The translations under genes were made by a program, and so were the position numbers. From Eubacteriales bacterium (lineage in GTDB: Bacteria; Bacillota; Clostridia; Oscillospirales; SIG627), in contig JAZSAT010000011.1 of NCBI GenBank assembly GCA_045602025.1, positions 11,173 through 75,172 on the forward strand: 64,000 nucleotides of DNA. The letters run 5' to 3'. Shown here in pieces: positions 10,153-18,688 of this stretch (its first letter is position 1; each line of letters begins with the position of its first letter). The notes under the pieces were generated by a model, which made no database searches, was not told where the DNA came from, and saw only the letters and a list, made by a program, of their open reading frames with translations.

Positions 10153-10172
10153 GTTTAAATTCTGTTTATATT
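10153..10172 (+). promoter_or_regulatory. OmpR-family direct-repeat operator (HssR-box-like)
   Basis: GTTTAAATT-CT-GTTTATATT, 11-bp periodicity, upstream of the response regulator. Confidence 0.5.
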
Positions 10173-10216
10173 TCTGTGTTAGAATAAAGTGTAAGTAATG
10201 AAAGCGGAGGTTTTCT

Positions 10217-10894
10217 ATGTTTAAAATTCTGGTGGTGGAAGACGACCCTCATACCCGGCTTCTTTTCGGAAAGATCTTAGAGCAAAACGGGTATTCTCCC
10301 ATTCTCTCTACCGATGGGATGGATGCACTTGAAAAAATGGACCACGAGCATGTGGACCTGATCCTCTTGGATGTGATGATGCCCCGTATGAACGGCTTTG
10401 AATTTGCCCGCACCCTGCGGGAAACGGGGTGCCAGATCCCGATTTTAATGGTAACGGCAAAAGAGGGAAGGCTGGATAAAAAAGAGGGCTTTCTTTCCGG
10501 TACCGACGATTATATGACAAAGCCCGTGGATGAGGAGGAAATGCTCCTTCGCATTGCGGCACTTCTGAGAAGAAGCAAGATCAATTCTTCTCATAGGATC
10601 GAGATCGGAAAAACGGTGCTTGATTTTGATTCTCTCACCGTATCCTGTCCCGAGGGGGATGTTTTACTTCCGCAGAAGGAATTTTTGGTGCTTTTCAAGC
10701 TCCTCTCCTTCCAAAATAAGATCTTTACCCGTCGGCAGCTGATGGATGAGATCTGGAATTTTGATTCGGAAAGCGACGAGAGAACGGTGGATGTACATAT
10801 TCACAGACTCAGAGAGAGGTTTGAATCCAATCCCGATTTTGAGATCGTGACTATTCGGGGACTTGGATATAAGGCGGTGAAGAAGAATGGGTAA
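10217..10894 (+). CDS. OmpR-family response regulator (HssR-like)
   Basis: VVEDD, LDVMMP, DDYMTKP, RTVDVHI, RGLGY. Confidence 0.92.
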   Translation: MFKILVVEDDPHTRLLFGKILEQNGYSPILSTDGMDALEKMDHEHVDLILLDVMMPRMNGFEFARTLRETGCQIPILMVTAKEGRLDKKEGFLSGTDDYMTKPVDEEEMLLRIAALLRRSKINSSHRIEIGKTVLDFDSLTVSCPEGDVLLPQKEFLVLFKLLSFQNKIFTRRQLMDEIWNFDSESDERTVDVHIHRLRERFESNPDFEIVTIRGLGYKAVKKNG

Positions 10895-11915
10895 GCCATA
10901 CCGTTTCCGAACCATTATCCACTTGTTTATCATTCTGATTATGGTTTGCTCGGGCCTTTTGACAGTAGTGACCTTTTCTATGCTCAGGGGCTTTCGCATT
11001 TTACCTCCTGCCTTTTTTGCTACGGTCTGGATGCCCGTTGTGTTGTTTCTGGTGGCGAATGTGGTTGCGGGAATCGCCAATATCTTTTTGGTACCTCGCC
11101 TGATCCATCCCATTGAAGATCTAATCGAAGCTATGGGTAAGGTGGCAGCAGGTGACTTTTCCGTCCAGATCAAATCGGAAAACTACGACGGTGAAATTGA
11201 AAAGCTTATGGAAAGCTTTAACGCCATGACCAAGGAGATCGGCAGTACCGAGATCTTCCGCAGTGATTTTATCCGCGATTTTTCTCATGAATTCAAGACT
11301 CCTATCGTGTCTATGAACGGCTTTGCAAAGCAGCTGAAAAAAGAAAATCTTACGGAAGAGGAAAGGCAGACCTACTGCGATATCATTATCTCCGAGTCGG
11401 ACAGGCTCACAAAGCTTGCATCCAACATTCTCCTTCTTTCCAAGGTGGAAAACCAAAGGATCATTTCCGACAAAAAGCCTTATCGCCTGGATGAGCAGCT
11501 TCGGGACTGTGTGCTTTTGCTGGAAAGGGAATGGGAGGAAAAAGAGATCCTTTGGGATCTGGATCTTGCAAATATTACCTTTACCCACAATGCCGATCTT
11601 TTGTATCATATCTGGTCAAATCTTATCTCCAATGCGGTCAAATTCAGTCCCCACGGTGGAAAGATCTCTCTTACTGCTGCGGAAAACAGTGAATGCATCA
11701 TCGTGACCGTAAGGGACGAGGGCATCGGTATGACAGAAGAAGAAATGAAGCATATTTTTGAAAAATGCTATCAGGCAGACCCATCCCGAACAGGTCGCGG
11801 CAACGGTCTCGGCCTTTGTATCGCAAAGCAGATCTGTACTCTTGCAGGCGGAAAAATATCTGTTCGGAGCACCCCCGGAAAGGGAACCGTATTCACGGTC
11901 ATTTTGAATAAATAA
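10887..11915 (+). CDS. HAMP sensor histidine kinase (HssS-like)
   Basis: Two TM segments, SHEFKTP H-box, NAVKFS, DEGIG, GNGLGL. Confidence 0.92.
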   Translation: MGKPYRFRTIIHLFIILIMVCSGLLTVVTFSMLRGFRILPPAFFATVWMPVVLFLVANVVAGIANIFLVPRLIHPIEDLIEAMGKVAAGDFSVQIKSENYDGEIEKLMESFNAMTKEIGSTEIFRSDFIRDFSHEFKTPIVSMNGFAKQLKKENLTEEERQTYCDIIISESDRLTKLASNILLLSKVENQRIISDKKPYRLDEQLRDCVLLLEREWEEKEILWDLDLANITFTHNADLLYHIWSNLISNAVKFSPHGGKISLTAAENSECIIVTVRDEGIGMTEEEMKHIFEKCYQADPSRTGRGNGLGLCIAKQICTLAGGKISVRSTPGKGTVFTVILNK

Positions 11916-11924
11916 AAAAAGCGT

Positions 11925-11960
11925 AAGAGCTGAAATCTTTTGATTTCGGCTCTTTTTTTG
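11925..11960 (+). terminator. Intrinsic terminator
   Basis: AAGAGCTGAAATC / GATTTCGGCTCTT followed by a T-run. Confidence 0.75.
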
Positions 11961-12047
11961 TGGGTCGGAACAAGATGTCATTGCGGGTCAGTACTGCTAT
12001 CTGTTACCCTTACGAAAACCCGCGAAGAAAAGAAAAGGAGGAGAAAA

Positions 12048-12377
12048 ATGGATTTAATTATGGATCTTGTCAGCGAGGCGATCTTGTCTCTTTTAGGGGC
12101 AGTACTTACCTTTGTGGCAGCCAAAATCGGAGCATGTATCGGTGCCTGGTACCGCGAAAAGATCACAAACGAGACTCTTCGCTCGGTAGCGCAGACCTGT
12201 GTCCGCGCAGTGGAACAGATGTACAAAGAATGGGGCGGTGCCCAAAAGCTGGAAAAAGCACTTTCGATGGGGGAAGAAATGCTTCGGAAAAAAGGCATAA
12301 AAATTGAAAAAGATGAAATGCGTGTGCTCCTGGAAGCAGCATTGAATGAATTAAAAGGGGCAATGGAAAAATCATGA
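12048..12377 (+). CDS. Phage holin, LL-H-like family
   Basis: N-terminal TM then VRAVEQMY...GAQKL...LLEAALNE pattern; strong AGGAGG RBS before ATG 12048. Confidence 0.75.
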   Translation: MDLIMDLVSEAILSLLGAVLTFVAAKIGACIGAWYREKITNETLRSVAQTCVRAVEQMYKEWGGAQKLEKALSMGEEMLRKKGIKIEKDEMRVLLEAALNELKGAMEKS

Positions 12378-12778
12378 CGGTTTTGGGATGGATCTCATCC
12401 TCCCTTTCCGTTGTGATCGGGATCGGTACGGTTTTGACTGTCACCATTCCTTCCCTGCGGCATAAACTAAAGCAGGCTTTTTTCAGCGGAGAAGCGGAGA
12501 AAAAAGAGGTACTGCGTATCGGGAAAATGCTGGAGGAGCATGTATCTCAGGATGCCAAAAGGGAGGCGGAGGTCGCGCTTCAAAGAGAAGTGGATCTTTG
12601 TGTTTTGCGTGATCTGATCACGGCAATTTACTATCGCAGATTGGACGAAAAAAAGATCCACATTTATGAATTGGAGGATGTTTCGGCCCTGCACGACCTG
12701 TATCTTCGCCGCGGTGGAAATTCCTATGTAAGCGGTCTTTACCGTCAGATGTCCCGAGAGTGGACGATCATAAAATAA
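12374..12778 (+). CDS. Phage lysis-module membrane protein
   Basis: N-terminal TM and LRD.I...Y...GGNSYV motif recognised from holin-adjacent Firmicute phage proteins; overlaps the holin stop. Confidence 0.6.
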   Translation: MTVLGWISSSLSVVIGIGTVLTVTIPSLRHKLKQAFFSGEAEKKEVLRIGKMLEEHVSQDAKREAEVALQREVDLCVLRDLITAIYYRRLDEKKIHIYELEDVSALHDLYLRRGGNSYVSGLYRQMSREWTIIK

Positions 12779-12790
12779 AGGAGAGAAAAG

Positions 12791-14413
12791 ATGAGAGAAC
12801 TAAAATTTGACCTTTCTGCCGATTCTTATTTGCCTCAAAGTGAATTTGCCGGCTTTGAAGGGGAGCACAATGCAACGCGTGTTATATTGCTTCTTCCGGA
12901 GCGTCTGCAGGTGGAGGGTGCTGAATTTTATATGGTGTTCGAACTTTTAAAAAGTAAGGAAACCATATTTTCCGCACCGCTGATTCCCGAGAGTGGAGCC
13001 ATAATGCTTGATTTGCCAAAACAGCTGATGGTGTCTCCCGGTACAAGCGTTTATGCTGCCGTTTACCAAAGGGTGGGGGAGGATCTTTTGCAGATCGCAA
13101 AAACCGGAAAGGTCTTTCTTGAGATCAAGGAGCCGGAGGACGGCGTTCTGGTGGCCTATTCTGCACAGGGCGGAAGTGCCCCCGGGCTTGTGATCGAAAG
13201 CGAGATCAAAGCAAAAAGCACAAATCCCGTCTCTTCGGATGCCATTTGCCGTGCTTTGGAAAAGCTTGTCTCCAAGGAAGAGATGAAAGGCGAGACAGAA
13301 AGGATAGACGAAGAATTTTCAAAACAAGGCATTCAGATCCGATTTCTTGAAAGTGAAAAGGTGCGGCTTGAAGGTGATATTTCGGCGCTTCGAGGTGAAA
13401 AAGAGCTTTTGTCGGCAAAAACTCAGGAGCTTAGTGAAAAGATTGAAAGCCAAAAAAACGCGCTTCTTGCCAATGCTCTGAATGGATATGTAAAAGGGGG
13501 TACGGCTCTTCAGATCGATGATATTTCAGAGGCGGAGGAGGAGATTTCTGTCAAGCTGTCTGACGGTTACCGCCTTGTGCAGATCTATGAAAATTCACCT
13601 TCGGAAATATCGGAAAAAGGGTGTTATACCGTTACCGGAATCCTATCACCCGAGCTTGGTGATGATCGCTGGGAGTTTTCGGTTGAAGGCGGAGTATTTT
13701 TAATATACCCCGAAGCGAAAAATGTATATGAAACGGCAAAGCTTGTTCAGGTCGGAGATCAGCTCCTCCATGATCCAAAAACCGGAAACGGTTTTTGGAT
13801 GCAAAAGGTCAGCGATCTGTCAGCGGCAAAGCTTTGGAAATACGGCAAGAACATATTTAACCGAAGTAAAACCGTATGTGCAAAAGGTTATTTGAACTTT
13901 TTCGAAACGAAGCAAACCTTCCTAAGCATAGACGGCGGCGGTGATCTGAATACGGTGCTTGGAAAATACAAGGATTTTTCGGGAAAGACCATAACCATCT
14001 CTTATGATTTTGTTGATTATCAAGGAGAAAATCCATCCTTTGCAACCATGCTTAAGGTCGGTGATAAGGTTTTGAACATTGATGGAAAGGATGCGAGCTT
14101 TTATAAGGCATATAAAGAGGGCGGTGTGAAGGTTTCGGCCACCTATACCATTCCCGAAAATGACTCTGAAGAAGATTTGATCCTGAGACAGTATGTGGGA
14201 TATATTACAAAAAACGCCGGCGATTTTGTTACCCTGGATCATCTACAGGTGGAGATCGGAACCTGTGTCACCGATTTTGAAGAATACAGGAAACCGATCT
14301 TATATATTCCGTCGGAAAACGGAGAGGTGAAGATCCCTGTTTCATCCTCTATGACCACGCTGATGACGGATCTCAGCTTAGGCTCCATCGAAGTACAAAA
14401 GGGATATGAATAA
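12791..14413 (+). CDS. Phage tail/baseplate-like protein (probably frameshifted near the C-terminus)
   Basis: GEHNATRV N-terminus, STNPVSS, coiled coil, YGKNIFN and LQVEIGTCVTDFEEY motifs resembling siphophage tail proteins. Confidence 0.6.
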   Translation: MRELKFDLSADSYLPQSEFAGFEGEHNATRVILLLPERLQVEGAEFYMVFELLKSKETIFSAPLIPESGAIMLDLPKQLMVSPGTSVYAAVYQRVGEDLLQIAKTGKVFLEIKEPEDGVLVAYSAQGGSAPGLVIESEIKAKSTNPVSSDAICRALEKLVSKEEMKGETERIDEEFSKQGIQIRFLESEKVRLEGDISALRGEKELLSAKTQELSEKIESQKNALLANALNGYVKGGTALQIDDISEAEEEISVKLSDGYRLVQIYENSPSEISEKGCYTVTGILSPELGDDRWEFSVEGGVFLIYPEAKNVYETAKLVQVGDQLLHDPKTGNGFWMQKVSDLSAAKLWKYGKNIFNRSKTVCAKGYLNFFETKQTFLSIDGGGDLNTVLGKYKDFSGKTITISYDFVDYQGENPSFATMLKVGDKVLNIDGKDASFYKAYKEGGVKVSATYTIPENDSEEDLILRQYVGYITKNAGDFVTLDHLQVEIGTCVTDFEEYRKPILYIPSENGEVKIPVSSSMTTLMTDLSLGSIEVQKGYE

Positions 14414-14464
14414 AACGATTGAGAGAATTGAAAAAGCAATTGTATCTTTAGGAGGTAATGTATA

Positions 14465-14647
14465 ATGTTCAGCTTAAGTTCTTTTATTAAAAATGGACTT
14501 TTGAAGGCAATCGGAAAAATGGCGGATTATCAGGTGATCTTAAATGCCGCGGGATGGCTGGAAAAGGGCGTCTTGGAGGAAAGCGATCTTGCTGAAATTC
14601 AGCATGCGATCGACGAGCAGTATCAGTATGATGAAGGGGTGATTTGA
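14465..14647 (+). CDS. Small XkdX-like phage protein
   Basis: 60 aa, GGAGG RBS, WLEKGVLEESD motif; lies between tail and lysin genes. Confidence 0.55.
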   Translation: MFSLSSFIKNGLLKAIGKMADYQVILNAAGWLEKGVLEESDLAEIQHAIDEQYQYDEGVI

Positions 14648-14648
14648 T

Positions 14649-15410
14649 TTGGCAAAAGTTTTCTTAGGTGTTGGCCACGGCGGGAAGGATCCCGGTGCGG
14701 TGGCAAACTCAGTGAGAGAAAAGGATCTGAATCTTTCCATTGCTCTTTCCTGCAGTGAAGAGCTTTACCGTCACGGTGTGATCGTTTTGATGAGCCGTAC
14801 GGGAGATGAGGAGGATCCCATCGATCAGGTGGTAAAAGAGTGTAATGCCTTTTCGCCTGATCTTGCAGTGGATATACACAATAACGCAGGCGGCGGCGAT
14901 GGGGCGGAGGTGTTTCGGTTTTCCGGAGGAGGCATATCCCAAACCCTTGGGGAAAATATCATTTCGGAGATCGTTGCCATTGGGCAGAACAGCCGCGGTG
15001 TAAAGGTAAGGCTTGGGAATAACGGAAGGGACTACTATGCATTTGTAAGAGATACTTATGCGCCCGCGGTGATCGTAGAGTGTGCCTTTTTGGATAATGC
15101 ATCGGACCTTGCGATCATTGATACCGAAGCGGAAAGAAAGGCGATGGGGATCGCCATTGCCAAGGGGATTCTGAAAACCCTCGGAATTGCCTATGTTTCA
15201 CCTGAACCTGTGCCGGAGCCGGTACCTGTGCCCGAACCTGTACCGGAGCCTGAGCCCGAGCCCGAGCCTGTACCCGAGCCTGTACCCGAGCCTGTACCGA
15301 CTCCTTCCGATCCGATTTTGATTCCCGATGAGAAAGCACTTTCTTTTTGGAAGACGGTTTTGGGGAGGCTTAAGGCTGTGATCGACTGGTTTTTCCGTAA
15401 ATTGGATTAA
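14649..15410 (+). CDS. N-acetylmuramoyl-L-alanine amidase (Amidase_3) with Pro/Glu-rich linker
   Basis: GHGGKDPGA, EKDLNL, DIHNNA, AVIVECAFLDN; (PE/PV)n tract. Confidence 0.88.
   Translation: MAKVFLGVGHGGKDPGAVANSVREKDLNLSIALSCSEELYRHGVIVLMSRTGDEEDPIDQVVKECNAFSPDLAVDIHNNAGGGDGAEVFRFSGGGISQTLGENIISEIVAIGQNSRGVKVRLGNNGRDYYAFVRDTYAPAVIVECAFLDNASDLAIIDTEAERKAMGIAIAKGILKTLGIAYVSPEPVPEPVPVPEPVPEPEPEPEPVPEPVPEPVPTPSDPILIPDEKALSFWKTVLGRLKAVIDWFFRKLD
15201..15300 (+). repeat. Hexamer/dodecamer tandem repeat encoding PEPV/PEPE
   Basis: Iterated CCTGTACCCGAG / CCCGAG units. Confidence 0.85.
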
Positions 15411-15415
15411 AAAAA

Positions 15416-15443
15416 GAAGCTCTGCCATCGGCAGGGCTTTTTT
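15416..15443 (+). terminator. Intrinsic terminator
   Basis: AAGCTCTGCC-atc-GGCAGGGCTT followed by a T-run. Confidence 0.75.
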
Positions 15444-15510
15444 GCTTGAGCTTTTGATAAGAAAAACGGCAAAAAACCTGTTATTTCAAGGGAAAAAGTT
15501 GTGATCCTCC

Positions 15511-15546
15511 TTGACTTTACCACTTTGGTGTGATAATATGGTAAAG
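15511..15546 (+). promoter_or_regulatory. his operon promoter overlapped by a TrpR/HisR-type operator
   Basis: TTGACT-17-(TG)TAATAT; CTTTACCA...TGGTAAAG inverted repeat with 8-bp periodic half-sites. Confidence 0.6.
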
Positions 15547-15569
15547 AGATTTTGAGTGAGGTGAAAAAT

Positions 15570-15866
15570 ATGCATAAACTCCGTTCCGAATCTGTGGACC
15601 GCTTGTTTCAGAGTATTCTGAATTTGCAGTCTTTGGATGAGTGCTATGATTTTTTTGAAGATCTTTGTACGATCAAGGAAATTTTGGATATGTCGCAGAG
15701 ACTGGATACCGCTTTGCTTCTTTCTCAGGGGCTCAGCTACCAAAAAATCGCAGAGCAGGTTGCTGTGAGCAGTGCTACCATCGGCAGAGTCAGCAAATGC
15801 TTGAATTACGGTAGCGGCGGATATAAAAAAGCAATTGAAAAGCTGAATTTATCGGAGGAAAAATGA
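15570..15866 (+). CDS. TrpR-like YerC/YecD regulator (probable HisR)
   Basis: FFEDLCTIKE, SSATIGRV, LNYGSGGY; first gene of the his operon. Confidence 0.88.
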   Translation: MHKLRSESVDRLFQSILNLQSLDECYDFFEDLCTIKEILDMSQRLDTALLLSQGLSYQKIAEQVAVSSATIGRVSKCLNYGSGGYKKAIEKLNLSEEK

Positions 15867-17413
15867 TAGAGGCATCTTTTAGTCTTCAGGAAAAAGTAAT
15901 GTTCGATTTGCGAGAGCTTTATCGCAACAACGGATATGCTCATTATAAAATGAGTAAATTTGAGGAGTATGACCTGTATGCAAAAAACAAGGACTTTCTC
16001 ATTTCCGACAGTGTGATTACTTTTACCGATACCAACGGGAAGCTGATGGCACTCAAGCCTGATGTGACCCTTTCCATTATAAAAAATATTAAGGATAAAA
16101 ACGACGGCGTTCAAAAACTTTTTTACAACGAAAATGTTTACCGTATCTCCAAAGGGACTCGCAATTATAAGGAGCTTATGCAGGTGGGCCTTGAATGTAT
16201 GGGCGATGTAAAAAAGGAAGATCTTTGTCAGGTGATCCGCCTTGCAGCGGAAAGTTTGAAGAAGATTTCAAAGAGCTGTGTTTTATTGATTACGGATCTG
16301 GATCTTCTCACCGCTGTGATCGGTGAAGCAGAAAATGCAGACACAGAAGAGATCTTTCGCTGTGTAGAAGAAAAGAACGAAGCGGAGCTGAAGAAAATAC
16401 TTCCCGAAAAATCCTATCGGATCCTTCAAAGCCTGATCCGTTCTTCCGGCAAAGCGACAGAGGTTTTGCCGAATCTGATCGCTTCTCTTGACGATCTTTT
16501 GGATACCGCTCCTTTGAAAAAGCTTTCGGAAATGATTCTGTCCATTGAGGATGCAGCGCTTCAGGATATGATCCGTGTGGATTTTTCCGTTGTCAGTGAT
16601 ATCAACTACTACAACGGCATTGTGTTCAAAGGCTTTGTGGAAGGGGTTCCTTCCGCGGTGCTCTCCGGCGGCCAGTATAATAAACTGATGAAAAAAATGA
16701 AGCATACCGGTGATGCCGTAGGTTTTGCGGTATATTTGGATATGCTGGATATGGCACCTGTTGTACAGGAGGATGAGAAAAAGTTTTTGAATGTGGCACT
16801 TCCCAAGGGAAGACTTGGTGAAAAAGTGTATGCCATGTTTGAAAAAGCCGGCTTTTCTTGCCCTTCCATCAAGGAAAACAGCAGAAAATTGATCTTTGAG
16901 AATCCTGCGGTAGGTGTGCGTTATTTTTGGGTGAAGCCGTCGGATGTTGCCATTTATGTAGAACGAGGCGCGGCAGATGTGGGCGTTGTGGGCAAGGATA
17001 TTCTTTTGGAGTATCAGCCTGAGGTATATGAGCTTCTTGATCTCGGCATCGGAAAATGCCGTATGGCAGTTGCCGCAAAGAAGGATTTTTGTGACAATAC
17101 AGACAGAGCACTTCGGGTTGCCACCAAGTTTTCCGGTATTGCTCAGGACTATTATCTTTCCAAAGGAAGAGATATCGATATTATCCACCTGAACGGCTCC
17201 ATTGAGATCGCTCCTATTTTGGGACTTTCCGATGTGATCGTGGATATTGTGGAAACAGGAACCACCCTGAAGGAAAATGATCTGGAGGTATTCGAGACCA
17301 TTGTTCCCATCAGCGCAAGGCTGATCGCCAATAAAACAAGCTTTCAGTTTAAAGAAAAGAAGCTTATGCAGCTGAAAGAACATCTTGCAGCCCAGACGGA
17401 GGCGGAGAAATGA
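15863..17413 (+). CDS. hisG: ATP phosphoribosyltransferase, HisZ-HisG(short) fusion
   Basis: N-terminal HisRS-like part (LKPDVTLSI, YYNGIVF, SGGQY); C-terminal ALPKGRL, KPSDV, VATKF, GSIEIAP, DIVETGTTL. Confidence 0.9.
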   Translation: MIEASFSLQEKVMFDLRELYRNNGYAHYKMSKFEEYDLYAKNKDFLISDSVITFTDTNGKLMALKPDVTLSIIKNIKDKNDGVQKLFYNENVYRISKGTRNYKELMQVGLECMGDVKKEDLCQVIRLAAESLKKISKSCVLLITDLDLLTAVIGEAENADTEEIFRCVEEKNEAELKKILPEKSYRILQSLIRSSGKATEVLPNLIASLDDLLDTAPLKKLSEMILSIEDAALQDMIRVDFSVVSDINYYNGIVFKGFVEGVPSAVLSGGQYNKLMKKMKHTGDAVGFAVYLDMLDMAPVVQEDEKKFLNVALPKGRLGEKVYAMFEKAGFSCPSIKENSRKLIFENPAVGVRYFWVKPSDVAIYVERGAADVGVVGKDILLEYQPEVYELLDLGIGKCRMAVAAKKDFCDNTDRALRVATKFSGIAQDYYLSKGRDIDIIHLNGSIEIAPILGLSDVIVDIVETGTTLKENDLEVFETIVPISARLIANKTSFQFKEKKLMQLKEHLAAQTEAEK

Positions 17414-18687
17414 TAAAAATCTTGAAATTTTCCGAGGTGAAGGCAGAAGAGGTTTTTGCCAGAGCAGAGAACTCACTGAATGTGTCCGAGATCGTTTCGG
17501 AAATTATTGCAAATGTAAGAAAATACGGGGACAAGGCACTGTTTGAATACTGCGAAAAATTCGACGGTGCAAGGCTGGATGCGCTTCAGGTTACCCCGCG
17601 TGAGATCGAAGAGGCGATGGAGTGTGTTGAGCCTCGCTTTTTGGAGGTCTTGAAAAAGGCGGCGGAAAACATTCGCCTGTTTCACGAAAAGCAGCGTCGG
17701 GAAGGTTTTTCCTTTGAGAAAAAAGACGGTGTTATTTTAGGACAGAAGATCATTCCCGTATCCCGTGCGGGCCTTTATGTGCCCGGCGGAACGGCAGCCT
17801 ATCCCTCCACCGTTTTGATGGATTCTATCCCTGCAAAAATCGCAGGCTGTCAGGAAGTGGTTATGGTGACCCCTCCCGGAAAAGACGGTAAGATCAATCC
17901 TGTTATTTTAGCGGCGGCAGGCATTGCAGGTGTGGATAAGATCTTCAAGATCGGCGGGGCTCAGGCCATTGCTGCCCTCGCTTACGGAACCGAAAGTGTT
18001 CCCAAGGTGGATAAGATCGTGGGACCCGGAAACGCCTTTGTGGCAGAGGCAAAAAAGCAGGTGTTCGGTACCGTTTCTATTGATATGATCGCAGGCCCCA
18101 GCGAAATTCTTATTGTGGCAGACGGCAAGACCGATCCCCGCCACGCGGCGGCTGATCTTTTGAGTCAGGCAGAGCACGATAAGCTTGCCAGCGCGGTTCT
18201 GGTAACCGATTCCATGGATCTTGCGCAGAAGGTAAGAGAAGAGCTCGAAAAACAGATCGCGCTTCTCCCACGCGCGGAGATCGCAAGAGCTTCCATTGAT
18301 AACAACGGCAAGATCATTGTGGCAGATGACTTAAAAAATGCCATCGACATTGCCAACAAGATTGCGCCGGAGCATTTGGAGCTTCTCCTTGACAACCCCT
18401 TTGACTGGCTTGACAGTATCCGTCATGCAGGCTCTGTTTTTATGGGCCGATATTGCCCCGAGGCTCTCGGAGACTATCTTGCAGGCCCCAACCATACTCT
18501 GCCTACCAGCGGAACCGCAAGATTTTCAAGTCCCTTGTCGGTAGACGATTTTGTTAAAAAAACACAGTTTATTTATTATACGGAAGAAGCCCTGGCAAAA
18601 ACCTATGAGGATGTGGCGTATTTTGCCGAAAAAGAAGGACTTTCCGCTCACGCAAGAAGCGCGGTGGTCCGATTGGAGGACAAGTGA
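17410..18687 (+). CDS. hisD: Histidinol dehydrogenase
   Basis: GLYVPGG, GPGNAFV, DMIAGPSE, QAEH, APEHLE, GPNHTLPT. Confidence 0.97.
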   Translation: MIKILKFSEVKAEEVFARAENSLNVSEIVSEIIANVRKYGDKALFEYCEKFDGARLDALQVTPREIEEAMECVEPRFLEVLKKAAENIRLFHEKQRREGFSFEKKDGVILGQKIIPVSRAGLYVPGGTAAYPSTVLMDSIPAKIAGCQEVVMVTPPGKDGKINPVILAAAGIAGVDKIFKIGGAQAIAALAYGTESVPKVDKIVGPGNAFVAEAKKQVFGTVSIDMIAGPSEILIVADGKTDPRHAAADLLSQAEHDKLASAVLVTDSMDLAQKVREELEKQIALLPRAEIARASIDNNGKIIVADDLKNAIDIANKIAPEHLELLLDNPFDWLDSIRHAGSVFMGRYCPEALGDYLAGPNHTLPTSGTARFSSPLSVDDFVKKTQFIYYTEEALAKTYEDVAYFAEKEGLSAHARSAVVRLEDK

Positions 18688-18688
18688 A

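Noticed and set aside
12048-15410. Complete prophage
   Set aside because: No integrase, replication, head or packaging genes and no att repeats seen.
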